In this document: positions 58,530-64,000 of the stretch, piece after piece
Position numbering within the stretch: the stretch's first letter is position 1
How the letters are laid out: every line of letters begins with the position of its first letter
NCBI GenBank assembly: GCA_944393715.1
Contig: CALYBB010000036.1
Coordinates: forward strand, 13,270 to 77,269
Direction of reading: 5' to 3'
Length of the DNA stretch: 64,000 nucleotides
Origin: an uncultured Alphaproteobacteria bacterium
GTDB lineage: Bacteria > Pseudomonadota > Alphaproteobacteria > RF32 > CAG-239
The notes under the pieces: generated by a model
The model's input: the letters and a program-made list of their open reading frames with translations, nothing else
What the model was told of the DNA's origin: nothing
Databases searched by the model: none
Program-made: the position numbers and the translations under genes

Positions 58530-59678
58530 ATGACCGAAAGAGACTATTACGAAATATTGGAGGTTTCCAAAACCGCCACCGGCGATGAAATCAAAAAATC
58601 GTTTCGTCGTCTGGCAATGCAGTATCATCCCGACCGCAATCCCTGTGATAAAGAGGCCGAAGCCCGTTTCAAAGAGATAAATGAGGCTTATGAGGTTTTG
58701 AAAGATGATCAAAAACGTGCTGCATATGATCGCTACGGCCATGCGGCGTTTCAAAACGGCGGTATGGGCGGCGGCAATCCGTTTGGCGGGTTTAATTTTG
58801 ATTTTGGCGGTGCTGCCGGTGGTTTTGCCGATATTTTTGCCGATGTCTTTTCCGAATTTATGGGCGGCGGACGCGGCCGCAAACAAAGCTATGCCCAGCG
58901 CGGGCAGGATATCCGCTATAACTTGTCCATAACGCTGGAGGAGGCTTTTTCCGGTGTTGAAAAAGAAATCAGTTTCCCGTCGACCGAAACTTGTGCAACC
59001 TGCCACGGTCACGGCACCAAAGACGGCGGTGAGGCGCCGGTTTGTCCGCATTGCGGCGGTTCCGGCAAGGTGCGTCTGCAACAAGGCTTTTTTGTGGTTG
59101 AACAAAGCTGCCCGCATTGTAAGGGAACGGGGCGTTTGGTTAAAGATGCCTGTCCGGATTGCAAAGGCAAGGGCTTTATCAATAAAAACAAAGTCATTAA
59201 GGTCAAAATCCCCGCCGGTATTGAAGACGGCACCCGTATACGTGTTGAGGGTGCCGGCGAGGCCGGAATCCGCGGCGGCGCCAATGGTGATTTGTATGTT
59301 TTTGTTACCGTTAAGGAACACAAGCTTTATGAGCGCGACGGCGCCAGCCTTTATACCCGTATTCCGATTTCGATGTGTTGCGCGGCCCTTGGCGGCAAGG
59401 TTGAGATTCCCGCCATCAATGGCAACAAGATTGAGCTGACTATTGCTCCAGGTGCCCAGACCGATCAGGTGGTTAAGGTCAAAGGTCAGGGGATGACGAT
59501 TGTGCGCTCGGAGCGTCGCGGCGATTTGTTTGTCAAACTGCGGGTCGAAACACCGGTTAACCTATCCGAACGCCAAAAAGAGCTTTTGGAGGAATTTCGC
59601 GCTATCAGCAAAGAAAATTCCTGCCAACCGGAGGCCAAAAGCTTTTTTGACAAAATCAAAGATTTATTCGCGGCATAA
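58530..59678 (+). CDS. dnaJ: Molecular chaperone DnaJ (class I, with zinc-finger domain)
   Basis: Start trimmed to [15 protein letters not shown] motif, G/F region, and four CxxCxGxG repeats ([32 protein letters not shown]). Confidence 0.95.
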   Translation: MTERDYYEILEVSKTATGDEIKKSFRRLAMQYHPDRNPCDKEAEARFKEINEAYEVLKDDQKRAAYDRYGHAAFQNGGMGGGNPFGGFNFDFGGAAGGFADIFADVFSEFMGGGRGRKQSYAQRGQDIRYNLSITLEEAFSGVEKEISFPSTETCATCHGHGTKDGGEAPVCPHCGGSGKVRLQQGFFVVEQSCPHCKGTGRLVKDACPDCKGKGFINKNKVIKVKIPAGIEDGTRIRVEGAGEAGIRGGANGDLYVFVTVKEHKLYERDGASLYTRIPISMCCAALGGKVEIPAINGNKIELTIAPGAQTDQVVKVKGQGMTIVRSERRGDLFVKLRVETPVNLSERQKELLEEFRAISKENSCQPEAKSFFDKIKDLFAA

Positions 59679-59753
59679 AACCAACAATTTAATTGTTTGT
59701 TTAGCAATTTTATGCTACCATAAAAGAGTGGTGAACTTTTAAGGAGAAGTTTC

Positions 59754-60671
59754 ATGTCCGTTTCCTCTGTCAACGGCAGCTCAACGGAAAACAGCAATAT
59801 TGCCGGCTGGGACAAAACGGTTGCCGACGTTAACAATGTCGACGAAAGTTTTGCTAATGCCCGCGATCTCGGCTGGTCGCGCTTGAACGATTCGCGTATT
59901 TCGGTTATCGCGACGCTGGATCCGTATGACAATAAAGATATGTACATGGTTCAGGTTCAGTCCAACGGCAAACTGTTTATCAACCTGCGCAGCGGCGATT
60001 CGACGGATGACGGCAAGGTCTTGGATTTGTCAAAATATGAAACCCGCCTGAACGAAATTAAATCCGAGCTTGAGGCCATGGGTATCAAAACCGAGGAAGA
60101 AGAGATCGACACCACGCCGAAAACACCTTTGGAAATCGCTCGTGCTGAAGTTGAAAAAATGAAAGAAGAGCGCGAAAAAGCCAATGCCGGTCTGCTGGAT
60201 GACCTTGCCGAAGGTATGACAATTAAGGTTTATATGAAAAAAGGCAACCGTACGGTTACCATCGGCGATTCGACAGCGGACAAAAATTCCGAAGAATACG
60301 CCAATATGAAAGCGATTTTGTCCGGCGAATACAAGGCCAAAAAGGGCTATTACTACATTGAAATCGGCTCCGAGGCAGAGACGCCGGAGGCCAGCATGCC
60401 CTATGTAATGCAAATCCGTCAGGGGGACAAATACCGCAATGACTATCTGGTGACCGAAACCAAATCCTCGGATTCGCAGAAAGAGACGATTTCATTAACA
60501 TCGAGCACGTCATCGGCGGAATATATTTCGGCGGCCTATGCCGCGCAGATACAGGCGCAAAAATATGAGGCCACGGCAACACTGATGTCGGATGCCTACA
60601 CCAATCTGGCTTCAATCAGAAACAAACAAGACAAGGCAACACAGTTATTTTCAACCCTGCTGAATGTCTAA
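59754..60671 (+). CDS. Hypothetical protein (no signal peptide seen; N-terminal beta-rich module, then a coiled, charged region)
   Basis: 305-aa ORF with a good downstream terminator. The segment VIATLDPYDNKDMYMVQVQSNGKLFINL is reminiscent of PPC-type D-x-x-D-x-Y-x-V modules, but only weakly. Confidence 0.5.
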   Translation: MSVSSVNGSSTENSNIAGWDKTVADVNNVDESFANARDLGWSRLNDSRISVIATLDPYDNKDMYMVQVQSNGKLFINLRSGDSTDDGKVLDLSKYETRLNEIKSELEAMGIKTEEEEIDTTPKTPLEIARAEVEKMKEEREKANAGLLDDLAEGMTIKVYMKKGNRTVTIGDSTADKNSEEYANMKAILSGEYKAKKGYYYIEIGSEAETPEASMPYVMQIRQGDKYRNDYLVTETKSSDSQKETISLTSSTSSAEYISAAYAAQIQAQKYEATATLMSDAYTNLASIRNKQDKATQLFSTLLNV

Positions 60672-60690
60672 AAGCCGGTAAAGTTAACAA

Positions 60691-60723
60691 GAAGCCTCCG
60701 TCAAAAACGGAGGCTTTTTTTTT
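60691..60723 (+). terminator. Rho-independent terminator
   Basis: GAAGCCTCCG-TCAAAAA-CGGAGGCTT followed by a run of nine T. Confidence 0.8.
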
Positions 60724-60727
60724 AATT

Positions 60728-61001
60728 GTCATTCTGATCTTTTCTTTTTCTGTCATTCTGAGGGACGAACGTCCCGAAGAATCTCTGAGATGTTTCGCTC
60801 CCGCTCAACATGACAAAAGGAAAATGTCATCCTGAGCGCAGCGAAGGATCTCTACGATGTTTTGCCCCGCTCAACATGACAAAAGGAAAATGTCATCCTG
60901 AGCGCAGCGAAGGATCTCTACGATGTTTTGCCCCGCTCAACATGACGAGATATTGTCATCGCTCATCGGGAGACATTCCTCCCGATGATAAACGATCTTC
61001 C
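60728..61001. repeat. Cluster B of the hairpin-repeat family, including a tandem triplet with a 64-66-bp period
   Basis: Units start at 60751, 60825 and 60891. Copies 2 and 3 are identical over 56 nt, and AAAAGGAAAA follows copies 1 and 2. A further unit at 60954-61001 has a 9-bp inner stem (CATCGGGAG/CTCCCGATG). 60728-60784 matches 61950-62006 at 56 of 57 positions. Confidence 0.9.
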
Positions 61002-61014
61002 TTTTTTCTCTTTT

Positions 61015-61344
61015 TTAAAGTTGGTCAGCAAATTTGTGCAAAAGAGCCTTAAGCTCATTCACCTGATCAAGCTGACGGGTAAGCTTTCTTTCCGGCAGAT
61101 CTTCCACACTGAAACATAACTTCTTACCATAAAGGCAGAACAAGTCGATAATATTGAACAGCCGTCGGTTGTGCCAGCGCACCTCGTTTCCTTCTTCAAT
61201 CAGAAACAGATTATCGGCTTTCATACCGAGATTTTCAGCCATTTCTTCCAAAGACAAACCGGATTCCTCGCGCGCTTGTTTGAGCAAATTACCGAGTGTT
61301 TTGGTCGTCTGAGACGTTAAGGCAGCGGTCAAAAAATGATTCAT
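61015..61344 (-). CDS. XRE-family helix-turn-helix transcriptional regulator
   Basis: LGNLLKQAREESGLSLEEMAENLGMKADNLFLIEEG is a classic HTH_XRE. A strong SD (AAGGAG) lies 8 nt upstream of the ATG. Confidence 0.75.
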   Translation of the reverse strand: MNHFLTAALTSQTTKTLGNLLKQAREESGLSLEEMAENLGMKADNLFLIEEGNEVRWHNRRLFNIIDLFCLYGKKLCFSVEDLPERKLTRQLDQVNELKALLHKFADQL

Positions 61345-61544
61345 CAGTTTTAACTCCTTAATTTTGTTATTGATTAAACAAAACCGCCCTTTGAAAAGAC
61401 AAAAGGCGGGGAGCTAACAAACTGCAAGTGTACAGTCGCGCTTATTCGAGCAAAGCCTTATATCGCGCACTCCCCGATGAAGGAGTTATAAACACTTGAG
61501 ATGTTTGTTAGACACCACCGGAGCAACCCGCTCCGGCAAAGGTA
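61345..61544 (-). ncRNA. Candidate structured 5' leader or small RNA upstream of the XRE gene
   Basis: On the minus strand, a perfect CCGGAGC-GGGTT-GCTCCGG hairpin. Then a long closing helix (CTAACAAAC..CAAGTGT pairing with ACACTTG..GTTTGTTAG) encloses about 60 nt, followed by the terminator. A 9-nt segment TAACTCCTT (plus-strand 61480-61488) is exactly complementary to the SD region AAGGAGTTA (plus-strand 61351-61359). Confidence 0.35.
61374..61409 (-). terminator. Intrinsic terminator/attenuator inside the leader of the XRE gene
   Basis: The minus strand reads CCGCCTTTTG-TCTTTT-CAAAGGGCGG followed by TTTTGTTT. It lies only about 30 nt upstream of the SD of the XRE gene. Confidence 0.55.
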
Positions 61545-61573
61545 AGATTAATTAAAATATCTCAAATAAGCAA
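61545..61573 (-). promoter_or_regulatory. Sigma70-like promoter candidate (TTGCTT-N17-TAATCT) for the leader/XRE transcript
   Basis: Plus-strand AAGCAA at 61568-61573 and AGATTA at 61545-61550. Confidence 0.3.
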
Positions 61574-61587
61574 GGGGAATTTTCTTA

Positions 61588-62197
61588 TTGTCATCGCCTC
61601 ATTTAAAACCGTACCCCCGCCTTTGGCAGACAACGAAACCTGTCATGCCGCCTTGCCAAGCATTCTTCCCATTTAAACCTGTCATGCCGCCTTGCCAAGC
61701 ATTCTTGGCAAGGCTCAGGCATCTTCAACTTTTTTAAAAATCGGAAAATTCCTAATCCTCGGCCAAAGACCTCGGAGGAATAACATTAAAAATTAGACGG
61801 TCATCGCTCCCGAGCGAAGTGAGGGATTAGCGATCTTCCGATTATTTAATAAATTGAAGACCCCTTAGCCTTACTTCGTTCGGCGGGGTGACAGGTTTTA
61901 AAGGCGGCAGGACACGTCTTAGGTCATTCTGAGGAGTATTCCTTTTCCCGTCATTCTGATCTTTTCTTTTTCTGTCATTCTGAGGGACGAAAGTCCCGAA
62001 GAATCTAAGAGATCCTTCGCTCCGCTCAGGATGACGCACCCTAGGTCATTCTGAGGAACGAATGCGACGAAGAATCTCCTCTTTAAACACATAGTCCCCC
62101 AGCGGCTCTTTTGGTTACTTTTGTTTGCACAAAAGTAACATTAAACTTTAGACTGTCATCGCTCTCGAACAAAGTGAGGGATAAGAAATCTTCAACT
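61588..62197. repeat. Cluster C of the hairpin-repeat family (about 12 units, both orientations)
   Basis: Units at 61641, 61680, 61800, 61853-61895 (inverted), 61922, 61950, 61974-62036 (full 63-bp foldback), 62044 and 62154. There is also an 11-bp perfect hairpin GTTACTTTTGT-TTGC-ACAAAAGTAAC at 62114-62139. Confidence 0.85.
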
Positions 62198-62240
62198 TTT
62201 TTAACCACATGACGAAAAAGTAAGAAAATTTTTATATTCG

Positions 62241-62274
62241 GGCAACAAAAAACTCCCCGTAACAGGGAGTTTTT
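62241..62274 (-). terminator. Terminator downstream of tRNA-Arg
   Basis: ACTCCC (62252-62257) pairs with GGGAGT (62265-62270), extended by A/T pairs. A T-run follows on the minus strand. Confidence 0.6.
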
Positions 62275-62276
62275 AA

Positions 62277-62353
62277 TGGCGCGCTCGGCGGGATTCGAAC
62301 TCACAACCTTCTGATCCGTAGTCAGATGCTCTATCCAATTGAGCTACGAGCGC
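62277..62353 (-). tRNA. tRNA-Arg (anticodon ACG), CCA encoded
   Basis: The minus strand reads GCGCTCGTAGCTCAATTGGATAGAGCATCTGACTACGGATCAGAAGGTTGTGAGTTCGAATCCCGCCGAGCGCGCCA. It has a 7-bp acceptor stem, anticodon stem TCTGA/TCAGA with loop CTACGGA, and a GTTCGAATC T-loop. Confidence 0.9.
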
Positions 62354-62573
62354 ATCTTGATAACAAAGAGTTATTACATCATCAAAATTAAAAAAGCAAG
62401 CGATTTTTTTTATAAAAAAATCTATTTTTTTACCAATCTTTTAACAAAAAGGATTATTTTGAAAAAACAATGAAGATGCGCAATCTGTTTTTTGTAAAAA
62501 AATTCCTTTACAAAACCGGCAGATAGTGTAAAAACAGAAAAGAAGTTATTTTTTATTTTAAGGTGCTGTTTCA

Positions 62574-63665
62574 ATGATAAAATTAGCAAAATTATCTTCT
62601 CTCATCATAGCGGCCGCCGCATTGGGCGGGTGCACTTACTCGTCTGACGCCATTTTTCCGTCGCTTTTCGGTGATGATGTTGAGGCCGAAATCTCCGAAA
62701 ATGATGCCAAGGCCGCCGGTATAGCGCTGGGAACTACTAATTTTGAGCCAGTCAATGTTTCGGATGTCAGCAACACCGGAACCTTTGTCGGGCAAAAGGT
62801 ACTGACATTCCGCGGTGAGTTGAGTCAGCTTCAAACCTCAATTCGGGATAATAATACCCAGCTACAGAGTATCAGAAAATCTGTCGTCAATAACGCGCTG
62901 CAATATCACAAAACAATCGGTATGATTGAGGCTAAATTGCAAGTAGGCACCACGCCGGGCAATCCGCAGATGTTTGAGATGTTGTCAAATGCTCAAAACA
63001 ATATCCGCACCATGAGCACCAATTCGGCCGCTTTGAATCAGTTATCGGCTAAAATTTCGGCAGATACCGCCAATACCGACTATTTGGTTGACGCCATTCG
63101 TTCGGCGTACAGCATCTCCGGCGCGGTTGATGAAGATCATCGCCAGTTGCGCATTCTGGAAAACGAGGCCGGTCAGACATCAATCCTGATGCATTCCCTG
63201 CTTGGTGAGGTCAATAGCGATATTTCGCGCCAGCAACAATATATTGATACAGCTAATAACAATATCGTTAAATTGAGCGACGCGATTCGGATCGGCAGTT
63301 TTGGCGTAAACAATGTTCCGCTGAGCCGTTCGCCTATGGCGGTTTCTGGCCTGCCCAGACCAAATGCCAAATCCGTTCCGGCTCTTGCCGGCGGAAAGCC
63401 GCTGCTGGCCGTCAAATTCTCGTCGCCGGATGTCAATTATAAAGGCGGATTGAAACAAGCTGTTGCTAATGCTGTTGCCAAAAAACCGGATGTCATTTTT
63501 GATGTGGTTGCGGTTAATTCCCCGCGCGGCAATAATGCTCAAAAATATGCCTCACAGATATTTCAGGATATCATAAACATGGGGGTCAGCGCCGACAAAG
63601 TCAATATCTCGGCCAAAACTGACGCCAAAGTCAGTTCGCCGGCGGTAATGGTTTTTGTCCGCTAG
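62574..63665 (+). CDS. Lipoprotein, hypothetical (coiled-coil rich)
   Basis: Lipobox ALGGC in MIKLAKLSSLIIAAAALGGCTYSS. 363 aa. Confidence 0.55.
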   Translation: MIKLAKLSSLIIAAAALGGCTYSSDAIFPSLFGDDVEAEISENDAKAAGIALGTTNFEPVNVSDVSNTGTFVGQKVLTFRGELSQLQTSIRDNNTQLQSIRKSVVNNALQYHKTIGMIEAKLQVGTTPGNPQMFEMLSNAQNNIRTMSTNSAALNQLSAKISADTANTDYLVDAIRSAYSISGAVDEDHRQLRILENEAGQTSILMHSLLGEVNSDISRQQQYIDTANNNIVKLSDAIRIGSFGVNNVPLSRSPMAVSGLPRPNAKSVPALAGGKPLLAVKFSSPDVNYKGGLKQAVANAVAKKPDVIFDVVAVNSPRGNNAQKYASQIFQDIINMGVSADKVNISAKTDAKVSSPAVMVFVR

Positions 63666-63680
63666 AAATACTTGCCTGCC

Positions 63681-63712
63681 AAAAACCCGCAATCTTCGGA
63701 TAGCGGGTTTTT
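63681..63712. terminator. Bidirectional rho-independent terminator between convergent genes
   Basis: AAAAACCCGC-AATCTTCGGATA-GCGGGTTTTT. Confidence 0.75.
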
Positions 63713-63732
63713 GCATGCGCAAAAACATTTTA

Positions 63733-64000
63733 TCAGATTAAAGAAGCAATCTCGGCGCGCAAAAAATCAATACCGGCCTTTTTCTCTGAGCTTGTAGCCA
63801 AAACACGTGTATAAGCAGCGGCATGCTTGGCGGCCTCAATTTCTGTTTCAGATAAAACTTTGGCCAAAGCCGCCGCGCTTATTTTATCTGCCTTAGTTAA
63901 AACAATCTGGTACGTAACCGCAGCCTTATCCAGCATCTCCATAATTTCGCGATCAATTTTTTTGACGCCATGGCGAGCATCAATCAATAAAAAAACTCTC
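63733..64000 (-). CDS. engB: Ribosome biogenesis GTP-binding protein YsxC/EngB (partial; N-terminus beyond the window end)
   Basis: ..[37 protein letters not shown].. contains the G4 TKADK motif. The frame stays open to position 64000. Confidence 0.75.
   Translation of the reverse strand, partial: RVFLLIDARHGVKKIDREIMEMLDKAAVTYQIVLTKADKISAAALAKVLSETEIEAAKHAAAYTRVLATSSEKKAGIDFLRAEIASLI

Noticed and set aside
60751-60946. A regularly spaced repeat that could be mistaken for a small CRISPR array.
   Set aside because: There are only three copies. The 'spacers' are the identical 10-nt AAAAGGAAAA rather than unique 30-40-nt sequences. The unit belongs to the dispersed hairpin family, and there are no cas genes.
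60810-61052. ORF 60810..61052 (MTKGKCHPERSEGSL.. repeated), and ORFs 29014..29223, 61842..62039 and 62083..62304, considered as protein genes.
   Set aside because: They lie entirely within the repeat clusters and their 'repeat peptides' are just the DNA repeats translated. They have no SD or coherent protein features.
61626-61640. GCAGACAACGAA (A-D-N-E), reminiscent of the ANDN start of alphaproteobacterial tmRNA tag peptides.
   Set aside because: There is no tRNA-like acceptor/T-arm, no resume-codon context and no tag ending in LAA/VAA. The sequence sits inside repeat cluster C.
61974-62006. Hammerhead-ribozyme-like string CTGAGGGACGAAAGTCCCGAAG, compared with the CUGAUGA-stem II-GAAA core.
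   Set aside because: The catalytic core is incomplete: CUGA is followed directly by the stem, and the UGA of CUGAUGA is missing. No stem I/III with a UH cleavage site can be drawn. The resemblance is limited to a GNRA-capped stem.

Overview
This 64-kb chromosomal window looks like a moderately AT-rich alphaproteobacterium. That call is an inference from three things: the synteny mutM / enoyl-CoA hydratase / rpsT / dnaA / dnaN / recF, the synteny gpmI / envC-like / ctpA / DUF610-like / rppH, and two CTTG-N18-CCTATAT heat-shock-type promoters. Most of the window is housekeeping: replication (dnaA, dnaN, recF, polA, gyrB), the dnaK-dnaJ chaperone locus plus two extra J-domain proteins, rpsA, rpsT, cmk, accA, accD, ihfB, gpmI, a class A PBP and one tRNA-Arg(ACG). 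I found no CRISPR array, transposase, integrase, rRNA or recognisable defence system.

The signals the gene list does not explain are:
1. A family of short hairpin repeats (5' TGTCAT ... ATCTTC 3') with compensatory stem changes. They sit in three clusters (about 28.9-29.4 kb, 60.7-61.0 kb and 61.6-62.2 kb) and generate spurious ORFs.
2. Six GANTC sites in about 100 bp, spaced about 22 bp apart, upstream of a partial adhesin/autotransporter-like gene at the left edge.
3. Two 44-bp perfect palindromes that are inverted copies of each other. They lie just upstream of a DUF1566-like secreted-protein gene wedged in opposite orientation between cmk and rpsA.
4. A tightly overlapping operon: secreted protein, rsmE, LuxR-type response regulator, Hpt, and a methyltransferase-fold protein with a degenerate SAM motif I that I suspect is RquA-like.
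5. A roughly 200-nt structured leader with an intrinsic terminator and an anti-SD segment upstream of an orphan XRE regulator next to tRNA-Arg.

All functional calls come from reading the translations and motifs by eye. No database search was possible.
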